Origin: Mobula hypostoma
Taxonomy: Eukaryota
Assembly (NCBI RefSeq): GCF_963921235.1
Contig: NC_086106.1
Location: forward strand, 21,700,001 to 21,764,000
DNA length: 64,000 nt
Reading direction: 5' to 3'
Each line of letters starts with the position of its first letter. The stretch's first letter is position 1. Under the pieces are notes generated by a model, which saw only the letters and a program-made list of their open reading frames with translations, did no database searches and had not been told where the DNA came from. The position numbers were made by a program, and so were the translations under genes. Of this stretch, positions 51,331 to 64,000 are shown piece after piece.

Positions 51331-52930
51331 TATCCTATTGTCCCTCTGAACGCCAGTCTTATGACTTTTCTAATTATCTTTACATGTTCCGTACAATCAA
51401 AAATCTATCAACCCATGCCTAAACTATACATTATTTGGCCTCCACAGCTGACTATGGCAACGAATTCCACTGATTCACCACTCCCTGACAATGGAAATTA
51501 CACATGATCTCCATTCAGAAAGGGTTGTCCTCTATGTTAACTGTGGGCTTACTGATCTTAGACATTCCCGTCACACGAACCTTATTTCCGCACCCATTCT
51601 GTCAAGGTCTTATTCGATTATGAAGTCTTCCAAACTCCAATGAATACAGGCCCAGAGTCAACAAACGCTCTACATGTGACAAGCAGTTTAATCTTTTTCG
51701 TGGACGTACTTTGAATCCTGTCCAGTCCTGGTAAATACATTCTCCGGCTGGGAAACGGCACACAATAATGCAATAGAGGACGGACTAGTGCTTCATAAAT
51801 TCTCAACATTAAAGACTTGCGACTTTCTTCTAATATTCTTGAAATGTATCTTACCATCGTGTTCTCCTCGCCATAGTTTCAAACCGGAAATTCACCTTCA
51901 GAAAATCCTGCACAAGGACTCCCATTCGGTTTTCGCCTTTTTTTTTTCTGTATTTTCTCTACAGTTACAAAATAGACCATAAGACAGTAAGACATAGGAG
52001 TAGAATTAAGCCATCTAGACCATCGAGTCTGCTCCGCATTTCAATCATGGCTGGTCCTTTTTTTTTCCTATCTCTTCCTCAACCCCATTTCCCATCATTT
52101 TCCCTATATACTTTGATGCCACGTCCAGTCAAATCTCTATCCATCTCTGCCTTAAAACACCCAATGACCTGGCCTCCACAGCTGCACGGCGTAACACTTT
52201 TCACATATTTTACACCTTTCAACTAAAGACATTTATCCGCATCTCTGTTTTGAAAGCGTGCCCTCCTATCCTTACGCTGTAATCTCTTGCCCTCAGCAGT
52301 CCCAGCATGAGAAATATATTTTCCACATCTACCCTGTCTATGCCTGCCAACTTTCGGAAGGTTTCAATGAGATCCCGCCTGTCCTTCTGAATTCCAGACA
52401 GCACATTCCTAAAGCCCTCAACCGTTCCTCGTATGGACCCCTTCTATCCCTGAAATCATCCTTATCAATCTCGCCAGGAACCTCTGCAACGCCAGCACGT
52501 CTTTTGTAAGAGGAGGGCGTAAAACCTTTCACAATACTCAAGGTAAGGCGTAACCAGTACCTTACCCTCCACTTCGCCATTTATTGTCTGCAAACATTCG
52601 AACTACAACATAAATTTCATTTTCAAAATCATTACTGAAAACGTAAAATGTATCAGTGCCACTCCACTTTGCCAGATGCCATTCAACCACTGCTTTATCC
52701 CTGCAAGAATACTTATTGTAATGCCATGGGCTAGTACCTTGTTAAGCAGTCTCGTCTGTGTAATCACCGCATTTGTCAAAGCTATTCTGAAAATCCAAGA
52801 ACATTAATTCAACCAATTCTGATTTGTCTGTCCTGCTTGTTATTTCTTCAACGAAGTCGAACAAATCTGCTGACTAGTATGTTCATATTGACTTTCGGTA
52901 GACACATAAAAGGCAACGCATGGAAGGATC
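51330..52930 (-). mobile_element. Two or more adjacent CR1 3'/RT fragments
   Basis: RRDLIETFRKLAGIDRVDVE, LRIYEALVRPLLHYCV and the 3' UTR CCATCGAGTCTGCTCCGC at about 52020. Confidence 0.75.
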
Positions 52931-53422
52931 TTATCCCAAAGTGGACAAATGGTGTTTGGATAGATGCAGGAAGAAAACGTTGATATTGACATGATGGGCC
53001 AAACTGGAATGTTGTGGATTGAAGTCCAAAGGAATTGAGTTAATGCCTGTATATGAAAAGAGAGTACCAGCTAAAGGGAAGTGTAGGTGGAATTTGTCAG
53101 GCAAATTTTGATTTTGACGAAACCATACTGCCTCTGGGCAAATTTATCGTGTGCCTTCAAATACATCGAAACCACCTCTTTAAACCTCGACACCAACCTC
53201 CGTACAAGCACTGAGTTCAGACGGAGTGGCCTATGACTCCTTTCTTCTGCGTCTCTCTCTCTCTCTCTCTCTCTTATTGTTCAGTGGACTGACTCTTGCC
53301 TTCCTGTTCTTTCTGTTTTTTTTTTGTTTGTTTTTTTTTTGGGGGGGGGGATTCATTACAGCACCTAATATTTCTTGAAATATTTGTAGTAATTCCGTTT
53401 AAACACTTTAGCCATCACTTAC

Positions 53423-53792
53423 CGGAACGTGGCTTTAAAATCATCCGGATCAGGCGACGTATGAAATTTCCTAAGAAACTTCTCTCTAATAATGTTAACT
53501 TTGCACACTTCATTACCCCTGAGGCTTGCAACTTTCGGCAAACACTAGTGCCTTCCACAGTGAAGACTGATGTACTATATTTATTATATGCATTGCCATT
53601 TCCTTGCTCCCCGTTTTTACCTCTCCAGCATCGTTTTCCAGTCGTTCGTTATCCAATCATGCATCTCTTTGACAGTATATAAACGCTTCAGCATCCGGAA
53701 GTCCGAACAGAAGGGAACACGAGCAAGCTGTTAGTTCCAACTGATCTGGGCCGATCAGGGTAACTGTGATAGCTTGACACTTTTGTCTTTGC
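53423..53792 (-). pseudogene. Putative eroded VJ-type Ig-superfamily exon
   Basis: Acceptor at 53794-93 and perfect donor G|GTAAGT at 53422, both phase 1, enclosing 370 nt. It reads GKDKSVKLSQLP*SAQIS...ARVPFC at the start and LQASGVMKCA...FLGNFIRRLIRMILKP at the end, with a net frameshift and stops. Confidence 0.35.
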
Positions 53793-55419
53793 CTTGTCAA
53801 TATACAATAAAAGACACAAACTTTACTTTACGTGAACATCGGGGAGAGGCTAAAGTTTGCGGCAGAGTGCGATTTTGTGCAATCCATCAATCATGCAGTT
53901 TAATTCCTCCTTCTCATATGTCGTCTTTTATTTTCAAGGTTGCTGGGTTCTTCGGAGTTTGTTATCACCAACTGAACTCAAACTGTATATGTTCACGGTG
54001 CTAACCTCCCCCTCTCGGAGCTTGCTGAGTGCCGTCACGATTGGTTATTCCCAGGTGTGGCATGGACACCGGCTCCTTCGGAGTGTGACACTGCGGCCCT
54101 GCGGTGGAACCGATCTCACTCCAGTTTCACCGATTAAACCGACGCGGGACAGCAGACTGATTTGTTCATTCACTTTCCTCACCTCCAGTTTTCAGAATGA
54201 AAGTTTTGCATTTTCTGTCCCGAAATTGTCCTTGAGTATAGAGGATTCCTGATTCTCATCAAAAGACAGCAGGAAGAGCAACTTTTAATGCCGCTTCGCA
54301 CACTGCCTTACTGCATTGTTACGAGAAGCACGTTGATGGTTTGGGGGTTTCTCAAAGCTATTTGTATATCCCACCATTTCCATTGGTTAGTTGCATTACG
54401 AAGACCTTGCTTTGTTATATTATCTTAATATCTACTGTATAGAGATTATTACGTTTTTTTCTGCGTCACCTCATAAGCTTCCTCTGGTGCTCTGCTCCCT
54501 CCCCACCCCACCCCACCCCACACCAGCCCATTTCATACTAAGGCGTTCCCAAGCTGCTAAGTTCATTGCGCACTGATCTTTTCCCTAACGTGCTCATGAG
54601 ACTTAGAACCTGGGAGCAATGAAAGGGAATCAGGTAGAATGAATTAGCCGTGTGATGTGATTACTCGGTGCACAGAAGGTCCTGTGTAATAACTCTGTTT
54701 CTCTTTACCCCCTCGTAAGTTACCACAATGAAGCTGAAGTGTATTCGCACAGACAACTCAGCCATCAGAAAAAAGAACATGTGTATTAATTATTCATTCT
54801 CTGCATGTCTGCTCTTGTTGTATTTATTACTGAGCAGGTCAATGGCCGTGTGTCCTGAATCAGGCATCGTCCATGAGCTCTGCTTAATTTCTGAGGAAAA
54901 AAAAAATACCTACTGCATATTCCAATACACATTGTAGCTGCGATTTCTTAAATATTCCATCAAAATTTAAAAAAAACGTACCGCAGAACGGTTTCCTGAA
55001 CAAAGAGCAGAAGTTCAATCGCTATTTTCATCAACGTTTAATGCAGTACAACTTACTTTGCTGTACTATGTTCATCAATTTAAGATAGCTCCATTGAAGA
55101 AAGGTGAATTCTTCACTCTACAATTTACTGTTTTCGACAGTTGTTACAGTATTTCCCAATGCAATTCGGCGTAACTGCGGGAACCCACACTGGATCTACC
55201 TATCAGGGACGATGTGGATTCAAGGGCTCAACTGTTTAAAAAGTGATTTTGCTGATCTCATCATGACGATTAGGCTTTTCTTCGCACAACTCTTCCAACC
55301 CAATTGCGCACGTCGAAAGTTTGATTAATAGGACTGGATGTAACAATCCCTAAAGTTTCTACAGTGCACTGGACTTGAGTGGAAGTACTTCTTAAAGATG
55401 ACCACTGGATGATGTTACT

Positions 55420-56315
55420 ACCATCACGACACATCTTCAGTTTTGTACTTCGACATTACTGGGTGTTTCGGCCTTTTATCAAAAGACACCCTCAGCCGAG
55501 GCACGCCCACCACAGGCTGATCGGACCTGTGTGTATGTCACATGGTCAGTCTCTAGAAGGTCACTAGGCAGTCCAGACAGCATCCCTTCTTCTCAGCCAA
55601 AGACAGTGACTGCCCATTTCGGCTGTATTAACAAGTGCTTTGATTGCTTTGCTGTGGGCCTGCCTACTGTCCCCTACTTCCCTCAGCAGACTTACGGTGG
55701 AACTGGCTATAAAGCCCCTGAACCCCACTTCAAAAGGACGCACTTTTATGTTGCAGCCTCGCTCCTCTGCTTCATCTGCGAGGTTGGCCTATCTCTGCCT
55801 TTTCCGTTCTTAAACTTCATCCACACCATTCTCCCAGGAGACCGTCAGCTCAATAATAAAGACGCGGACGGGAGTTGAACCAAAGGACCAGGTCAGTTTG
55901 CACGGTGGTCGTTGCAATTTCAGTTGGGAAGGTAAGTTTCTGGCCTAAATCAACATGCATTTCCCAGTCCCTGGCTGCACTCAGTGGAAATGAGGCGTGA
56001 GGTAAGAGGTTAGCATCTGCTTTCTCTGCTTCCCAGACGAAGGATTGTAGTTGTGGGACAGTCTGAGCATTGAGAGGCCTGTCGTTGGTGGTTACTCTCT
56101 TACATTCAAGTTCAGCTGCCAAACACCTCAGCACTTGGTTGTGTCGCAAGTTGTATCTGCCTTGTATCATGTTTGTCTTGCAACTGACCAAGATGTGCTT
56201 GACTGATGCCGGAACTGCGCACACAGGACAGGGGGGATCCTCTCCCAGACAAATATTTAGGTTTGCAGCAGAGGGAAGGGCATCATATGTTGCTCTGATG
56301 ATGAAGTTCAATCTG
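55420..56315 (-). mobile_element. HERO-like non-LTR retrotransposon 3' fragment (restriction-like endonuclease)
   Basis: FIIRATYDALPS...CPVC...KHILVSC...QGRYNLRHNQVLR (CCHC knuckle), then DWEMHVDL...QTDLVLW and ELTVSWE-like RLE motifs. Confidence 0.85.
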
Positions 56316-56789
56316 CTTCACTCCAAGCTTCACAGCTCACTCCTGTGAAGAGTATTCACCCTTACATTGCCTTGTCCGTGCCTGCTGAATCACATCACTT
56401 AAATAATAACTGCTGCGTATTCCAGTCTCTCAACTGGCAGTGCAGAACAGCTGTTAAACGTGACTGGTGATTAGAAGGCAGCGTCTTGGGTCTATTGATA
56501 AGATGCTCATAATCCCCTTAGGTCAGTGTCCTCCGACTTTAATCTCACAATCTTGGGAAAACAGTCAATCTTCTCGTACTTCGTTTTCACTGTCATGGGA
56601 GCAAAATTCATACGGTAATTTAGGTCAATGATAAGTAGACCGCTTTCGATTATGTTGCGCTTGTTGGGGAGGGTGGAAGAGCAGTTGTTGCGCCTTTTAC
56701 TGCCAGCTGCGAAGGTCAGGAGAAACAGAGCAGGTCCATATAATCATACTCGGGTCTCACGAGCAGCCAGAAGATTTGATACTTAAGAC

Positions 56790-57400
56790 TCAAAAGCAGA
56801 ATGAGAATAAGTTTTAATATCACCTGCATGTGACGTACAATGCGTTAACTTAGCAGCACTAGTTAGATCCAATACATAAATTAGAAGACAAAAACACAAA
56901 ATATAATAAAATAACAGCAATAATGATAATGGTTTAATGATAAAGTGGGAAAATCAATTGCCCTATACGTATATTGAGGAGATTAAAATCGTGAAAAAAA
57001 AACAGAAATAGTACAATTAAAAACGTGAGGTAGCGTCCAAAAGTCCAATGTCCATTTAGCAATCGGATGGCAGAGGTGATGAAGCTGTTCCTGAATCGCT
57101 GATTGCGTGCCGTCAGGATCCTGTACCCCCAGCCTGATGTTAACAGTGAGACATGAGCATGCCCTTGGTGCTGGAGATCCTTTATATTGGACGCTGCCTT
57201 TCTGAGACATCGATTCTTGAAGATTTCCAGGATAATTTGTAAACTAGTACCAAGAAGGAGCCGACTAAATTTACAACACTCTACAGCTTCTTTCAGTCCG
57301 GTATAAAAACGCCCCCCACCGCCCATGCCAGAAAGTGATGCAGCCTCTCAGAATTCTCCTCAGGGTATATATGCAGAGGTTTTTGATTTTTTTTTTGACA
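56790..57400 (-). mobile_element. Rex1/Babar-like LINE 3' fragment
   Basis: Reverse-strand homolog of 1775-2257 (LRKAASNIKDLQHQGHAHVSLL...RFRNSF). Confidence 0.7.
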
Positions 57401-57419
57401 TATTGACATCAAAGACATA

Positions 57420-58380
57420 ACTGTATGCAGACACTTTGAGGAGGTACTGAAGAGCAGTTTTTGGGAGCCATGGAACAGACGAAAGCCAGGGCTTCTACGG
57501 TAGTAATGTCCGTCTTACTACCTCTGCCGTGTTGCAACACAACGAGGGATGTTATGAGTTGGCAGAGCTGGGATCATCTCAAAGCATAGATCAGTACGTG
57601 GAACTACGATGTTGTAGCCCTTATTGAAACTTAGCTGGAGGAAGGGCAGGATTGGCTGTTGCAGGTACCGGGGATTAGGTGTTTTAAAATGAATAAGATG
57701 GGAGGCAGAAATGGGGGTGGCGGTGGAGTTGCATTACTGGTCAGAGGTAGTATCACGGCTGCAGAAAGGGAGGACGCTGCAGAGGGATTGTCCACTAAGT
57801 TAGTCTGGGTGGAAGTCAGAAACTGACCTCAGTGGCTGAGAAGTTATTGGAGGAGATTTTAAAGATGAGTTTTCCGGTACAGAGCCACATGACTGAAAAT
57901 AAAAAGAAGAAACAGCATTCGCATGATTACCTAAACAAGAAAATGTTCTATTCGGTGGGAGAAAGAAAGGAAGGGTATGACAGTTTTACAAGCAATGATA
58001 GCGAGATCCATGAAAGGCAGGGTAGTCTCAGAAATGTATAAGTTAACTTTGAGGGAAGGGTAGAATTTTTAATGAAAGTGAATGCATGTCAATGAGTTCT
58101 GCATGAGTGCAGGGAGCAGCAGCAATACAGTCATCGATGTAGCGTGGGATTACTGGGGAGCGGCCACCAGAGGAGGCTTAGAAAATGAACTCTTTCATGT
58201 AGCCGACAAAAAAGCAGGTATCGCTGGGAACCATGCGAGTATCCATGGCTAGACATTTTGGTGGAAGGAAGTGGGAGAAACCAAAAGAGTAATTTTTAAC
58301 CATGGGAACAGGGTCCGCTAGACATGGCAGTATAGTGGTGGAGAGTAACTGTCTCGGTCCAGTGTCCAGAAATAAATGGG
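57420..58380 (+). mobile_element. Old CR1 fragments (APE N-terminus and degenerate RT)
   Basis: GGTGGAGTTGCATTACTGGTCAG...TGGGTGGAAGTCAGAAAC followed by eroded RT-like blocks. Confidence 0.55.
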
Positions 58381-58389
58381 GTGCTTTGG

Positions 58390-58850
58390 GGCTTTCCGGG
58401 TGATTTTTCCAACTTCAGGTACTGCCTTCCGCCCTCACTGAAGATTCTCCATCCTCTTTTCCTTTTCTCACTTTGTTCCCTTCCTTGCCCATCATCTTGC
58501 TCTACAGCTCCATATCCGTTTCTTTCTTTCATTGGTTTCTTTACTCTGCTATTAGATTTCTCCTTCTTCAGCACTGTATCTATTTCACAAAGGTACTACC
58601 TAGCTTTTTAACCACCCCGACACGATTCGAGTTTCACATATCATCTCGTGTTTCTCCCTCTCCTCCGCTCACCTTTTCCTTCTACTCCTCATCTTTCTCT
58701 CCCCCCAGACGTGCTGAAGGGACCCAGCCTGAAATGTCACTTGAACACTTTTCCATAGATGTTGCCTGGCCTGTTGAGGTCCTAAATCGGTTTCGTGCGC
58801 CTCTAGGATTTCCAGCATTGCAGATTTTCTCGTGTTTGCGACACAAAGGA
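58390..58850 (+). mobile_element. Degenerate Penelope-type 3' end
   Basis: TTCCAACTTCAGGTA...GAAGGGACCCAGCCTGAAATGTCAC...GATTTCCAGCAT...GCAG motif. Confidence 0.55.
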
Positions 58851-59061
58851 AAATAGTTTTTTGTTACGTACTCGGACATTCAAAGAACATTTGACCAGGT
58901 GCCGCACAGGAGTTTGCTTAACAAGACCAAAGACTATCGTATTACAGGAAAGATACATGTTAAATATGCAACCTTTTTTTTTTACCGGGTATCTCCAGAG
59001 ACGAGTCTTGTTGCCACTCTTTAACAGCCAACAGAATCACCGGTGAGAAAAAAAAACACCT

Positions 59062-59690
59062 TGTTAGTCTACGGACTTCTAGCGTCGATAGGATTTGGAA
59101 CCCGCCAAACCAGTGAGTTTGAGATATTACGCCCACCCGAAACCCGATCTGTCCGAATAATCTGTAATTTTTGCCACCGTGCTATCGCCCGTCGGCAATA
59201 AGTTACAGACAGTACATTTCATACAATTATAAAGAAAGTATATTTATTAATATTAGGTTAACTAAACAATTTGGAAAGAAAAGAAAAAAAAAGTCCATAA
59301 TAATTAAACAATCAAATGTGCACATTAACTGGAGCTTATCCTGAAGTTGTCCTTTACTCGCGATCTGGACTCTGAATACGCGTGAAAGTACACACCACTC
59401 TCCGGAATTTGCTTGACATCCATCTCGAAAAAATGGGCTCCACCACCGGGGTATTCGTCCTTCCGCGTTGAAGCCATTGTGCTGCACAGAGCACCTTGTG
59501 CAATAGGGATGCTATCCTGAGCCATCTTCTTTGTTGTCTTCTCTCAGGTTCCACCAAAAAGACCTCGACCTACACAAGTGTCCGTCACAAAGAAAACTCT
59601 CCGCCCAGCATTCACTAGATCCTTCTTGCAATTCCACCATCTGTATTGACAAACACACTATTCCTAAGTTGAACAACAGAGCTCCCTATG
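59062..59690. mobile_element. Possible LTR remnant
   Basis: Begins TGTTAG and has an LTR-like layout similar to 62647-63506. The second terminus and TSD were not found. Confidence 0.3.
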
Positions 59691-60184
59691 CTGCTTAAAT
59701 GCAAAGAGGATAATTGCACAACAGGCTGCACTTACAGAAGTGCTCATATGAAATGCCTACAGAATAGCAGTGAAAATCTTGACCAGGGAGCCTTAAAAAC
59801 CTGCAGTACCCTGAACAATCGAAATGAGGGTAATAAGAATGTGTTTTTTGGAGGTCAATTCAAACATGTATTTAATGTAAACGTATTTCACAGTTGTTGT
59901 CTCGGTTATTCTGGGGCTCTGTTTATCCCTGTGCGAATAGACCACATTTAGATCGAAATGCAGGTTTTCTATTCCATGTGTTCTCCTCCCATTCCACAAA
60001 ATTTAATTTCCTCATTCGTTTTACCATTTTTTTCTCCTTAACATATAATGCCTTTCCGTCACAGCAAATGTGAACATGAGTTCCCCTTCCAATACGTCAA
60101 TGTGAGAGGGCACTATTTTGCATAAGGGTATCACAATGATGTTCGTTTCATGTCACTCTTTTGATAGTGCAGCACTGAACTGTT

Positions 60185-60700
60185 TTTAGTGATAGTCATA
60201 GTCATAGTCATACTTTATTGATCCCGGGAGAAACTGGTTTTCGTTATAGTTGCACCATAAATAATAAATAATAATAGAACGATAAATAGTTAAATAGTAC
60301 TGTGTACATTATGCCAGTAAATTATTAAATAAGTCAGGGAACAGATTATTGGCCCAGGGTGTCTGAACCTCCAAGGAAGGAGTTGTAAAATTTGATGGCC
60401 ACAGGCAGAAATGACTTCCTATGGCTCTCTGTGCTGCATCTTGGTGGAATGAGTCTCTGGCTGAATGTAATCCTGTGCCCACTCAGTATATTATGTAGAG
60501 GATGGCAGTCTTGACCAACTTGGCATGCAACTTAGACAGCATCCTCTTCAGACACTACCGTGAGAAAGTCCAGTTTCCACCCCACAACAATACTGGCCAA
60601 ACGAATGAGTTTGTTGATTCTGTTGGCGTCTGCTACCCTCAACCTGCTGCTTCAGCACACAACAGCAAACATGATAGCACTGGCCACCACAGACTCAACT
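60185..60700 (-). mobile_element. L2/Rex1-type LINE 3' fragment
   Basis: (CATAGT)n and ACTTTATTGATCCC tail on the plus strand, followed by RT C-terminal antisense sequence. Confidence 0.6.
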
Positions 60701-60724
60701 TCTTCGAATTTATCTGAAACTCCT

Positions 60725-62615
60725 CTCGTTTCTCTGATAAAGAAGAACAGGGAGTTGTATGAAATGTATAGGAAACAGGGGGTAAATCAGGTGCTTGAGG
60801 AGTATAAGAAGTGCAAGAAAATACTTAAGAAAGAAATCAGGAGGGCTAAAAGAAGGCATGAGGTTGCCTTAGCAGTCAAAGTGAAGGATAATCCAAAGAG
60901 CTTTTACAAGTATATTAAGAACAAAAAGATTGTAAGGGATAAAATTGGTCCTCTTGAAGATCAGAGTGGTCGGCTTTGTGCGGAACCAAAGGAAATGGGG
61001 GAGATCTTAAATAGTTTTTTTGCGTCTGTATTTACTAAGGAAGCTGGTATGAAATCTATGGAATTGAGGGAATCAAGTAGTGAGACCATGGAAACGGTAC
61101 AGATTGAAAAGGAGGAGGTTCTTGCTGTCTTGAGGAAAATTAAAGTGGATATATCCCCGGGACCTGACAGAGTGCTCCCTCGGACCTTGAATGAGACAAG
61201 TGTTGAAATTGCGGGGGCCCTGGCAGAAATATTTAAAATGTCGCTGTCTCCGGGTGAAGTGCCGGAGGATTGGAGAGTGGCTCATGTTGTTCCGTTGTTT
61301 AAAAAAAAGGATCGAAAACTAATCCGGGAAATTATAGGCCGGTGGGTTTAACGTCAGTAGTAGGTAAGTCATTGGAGGGAGTACTAAGAGACAGATTCTA
61401 CAAGCATTTGGATAGACAGGGGCTTATTAGGGAGAGTCAACATGGCTCAGTGCGTGGTAGGTCATGTTTGACCAATCTGTTGGAGTTTTTCGAGGAGGTT
61501 ACCAGGAAAGTGGATGAAGGAAAGGCAGTGGATATTGTCCAATGAACTTCAGTAAGGCCTTTGATAAAGTCCCGCATGGGAGGTTAGTTAGGAAAATTCA
61601 GTCGCGAGGTATACATGGAGAGGTGGTAAATTGGATTAGATATTGGCTCGATGGAAGAAGCCAGAGTGGTGGTAGAGAATTGCTTCTCCGAGTGGACGCC
61701 TGTGACTAGTGGTGTGCTACAGGGATCAGTGCTGGGTCCATTGTTATTTGTCATCAATATCAATGATCTGGATGATACTGTGGTAAATTGGATCAGCAAG
61801 TTTGCTGATGATACAAAGATTGGAGGTGCAGTAGACAGTGAGGAAGGTTTTCAGAGCCTGCAGAGGGACTTGCACCAGCTGGAAAAATGGGCTGAAAGAT
61901 GGCAGATGGAGTTTAATACTGACAAGTGTGAGGTATTTTACGTTGGAAGGACAACCCAAAGTAGAACATACAGGGTTAACGGTAAGGCACTGAGGAGTGC
62001 AGTGGAACAGAGGGATCTGGGAATACAGATACAAAATTCCCTAAAAGTGTCGTCACAGGTAGATAGGGTCGTAAAGAGAGATTTTGGTACATTGGCCTTT
62101 ATTAAGCAAAGTATTGAGTATAAGAGCTGGAATGTGATGATGAGCTTGTATAAGGCATTGGTGAGGCCGAATCTGGAGTATTGTGTTCAGTTTTGGTCAC
62201 CAAATTACAGGAAGGATATAAATAAGGTTGAAAGAGTGCAGAGAAGGTTTATACGGATGTTGCCGGGACTTGAGAAACTCAGTTACAGAGAAAGGTTAAA
62301 TAGGCAAGGGGAGAAAAAAAAAACAGAGGACATGGGTTAAGGGTGAGTGCTGAAATGTTTAAAGGAACATTGGGGGGGGGGGCTTCTGCACGCAGAGAGT
62401 GGTGGGAGTATGGAGTGAGCTGCCAGACGAGGTGGTAAATGCGGGTTGTTTTTTTTTAACATTTAAGAATAAATTGGACAGATACATAGATGGGAGGTGT
62501 ATGGAGGGATATGGTACGGGTGCAGTTCAGTGGGACTAGGCAGAAAATGGTTCGGCACAGTCAAGCAGGGCCAAAAGGCCTGTTTCTGTGCTGTAGTTTC
62601 TATGGTTCTATGTAT
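60725..62615 (+). mobile_element. 5'-truncated CR1, near-identical to 17510-19495
   Basis: KKNRELYEMYRKQGVN...FADDTKIGG... and the same 3' end. One aligned 90-bp block showed 3 mismatches. Confidence 0.95.
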
Positions 62616-62646
62616 GCGTATTTCCAGGTAATACACACTTCTGTCC

Positions 62647-63506
62647 TGTTAAACCCACGCGGTTGAGACCGCTTTCCCACCCCACAACCAGTTTGCGTGG
62701 AGCCTATGCAATTTTCTACCTTTTAAAAACTCATGGCCAAGAAATAACAGAGAGCTCACTGCATAGGATTAAAGGAATTACAGTTATGGAACTTTGATAA
62801 AGAATTGGTAAAGAAAATAAATATAAAATTCATAAATAGCTCATTATAATGTGAGAGAAAAACAAACAAACAAAAAAACAACTGGTGTTCAACTGTTTAC
62901 AAAATTAATACTCACCGATCCTCAGTCGATCTCGGCGCCTTGCTATGTCCAGTCATGGCCTCCTACCAGCTCGAATAAGTGGAAACGTTTCCCAGTATGT
63001 TACATTCTACCCCTTCCAAAAAGATATTCATGTCCTCATGACGTTGAGATAATTTTCCACACCTTCATACAAAAGCCTCAACTAGTTCACAGGATTTTTT
63101 TCAGTTCCGCTCTCAGAAGAACACACACTTCAGAAAGTCCTAGTTCTTCACCGCACTTCCTAAAACAGAGGTCAAGGTGCAATCGCGCTTCGCTGCCAAA
63201 TATAACATAATTCGAGAACAGGGTGTCTTTATTCTGTGCATAATAGTAGCAGTTGACCAAATGCTCATTATGCTAACTCCGGGTATTCTTTTTTTACTGA
63301 TCTCCAAGGTTCCATGCACGTCGAGGAAGGTCCAAGTAAGCCTGTCGGGCCAAGAATCACCCTATGGATCATAATCCGTAGTGCTCGACTTCTCGACGCC
63401 AAATATGCTCAGTATCACACATAAAAGCCTACTCTTCAAATCCGTGCCTGATCACCATGTATCTGTCTAGTAAATCCGGAATAAACGGAATACTTCTCCC
63501 GTAACA
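62647..63506 (-). mobile_element. Probable Gypsy LTR
   Basis: TGTTA...TAACA termini, adjacent to a purine-rich tract and an integrase remnant. Confidence 0.55.
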
Positions 63507-63529
63507 CGTTAGCCTCTCTGGCCGCCCTT

Positions 63530-64000
63530 TGATCTAGTGTAGGGAAGGTTTCCGCGTATTAACTGCAGTGGTCAGTAAAAACAGAGACATTCGCCATATT
63601 TTTGGTATCAGGCTATATTGGTTGGAAATTGATACACACCAGATCCTATCTGCTAGCGGGCAAACAGACCGGCCCACGCACGTAGCGTTTTTTTTCCACT
63701 GTATACATCGAGTGCACTGCTTCCGGTCCTCTTCAAAAATCCGGCTCACTCGTAGCCAGTAGAACCGATCCCTGAGCAATGCATAGGTCTCGTCAACCCG
63801 CAAGTGACCAGAAAGATCATTACGGACTTCCACATAATCCTATGATACTTTTCAGGGAGAACGGGCTGGCAATGTCGAGCCCAATATGGAGGCGATGTGA
63901 ACCAGAGTATAATATTTTTCCTCAACTCCAGTTTGATCTTTTCTCTCAAGAGCAGCCACACGGCAGAGTGTTTCATATTGACCGATTGGAGTACGTCCCT
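63530..64000 (-). mobile_element. Gypsy integrase remnant
   Basis: GHLRVDETYALLRDRFYW...CTRCIQWKK (INT zinc finger) followed by a degenerate core start. Confidence 0.75.

Noticed and set aside
4703-53570. Isolated CACAGTG/CACTGTG heptamers (4703, 6139, 6414, 15520 and about 53557)
   Set aside because: For those checked (4703, 6139, 6414, 15520) there was no nonamer at 12 or 23 bp and no adjacent coding end. A handful of 7-mers is expected by chance in 64 kb.
53857-54252. Plus-strand 131-aa ORF ending SFAFSVPKLSLSIEDS
   Set aside because: It lacks Cys, Trp and the terminal YxC in the right positions, has no RSS, and is opposite to the locus orientation.
60560-61351. 263-aa ORF with a hydrophobic N-terminus
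   Set aside because: It is a chance fusion of an antisense LINE fragment with a 5'-truncated CR1 ORF2.

Overview
Eukaryotic, repeat-dense vertebrate DNA. It is most likely from a cartilaginous fish, probably a ray or skate; this is inferred from the CR1, V-SINE and Penelope repertoire and from the V-gene type. The one host gene I can support lies at the left edge on the minus strand and is missing from the ORF track. It is a T-cell-receptor-type variable gene, most like TCR alpha/delta V, with a 46-nt leader exon (802..757), a 540-bp intron and a V exon (216..<1) that runs off the window. An ETS+CRE promoter motif sits upstream of it. Roughly two-thirds of the rest (estimated by eye) is transposon debris: CR1, Rex1/Babar-like, RTE and HERO-type LINEs, Penelope elements, SINEs, a mariner derivative, solo LTRs, and two nested Gypsy elements with the Gmr1-like PR-INT-RT-RH order. 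The unique islands between TEs hold several heavily eroded, minus-strand Ig V-, VJ- or J-like relics; these are low-confidence pattern matches that need HMM or tBLASTn testing. I saw no canonical RSS, CRISPR array, rRNA or true tRNA gene.
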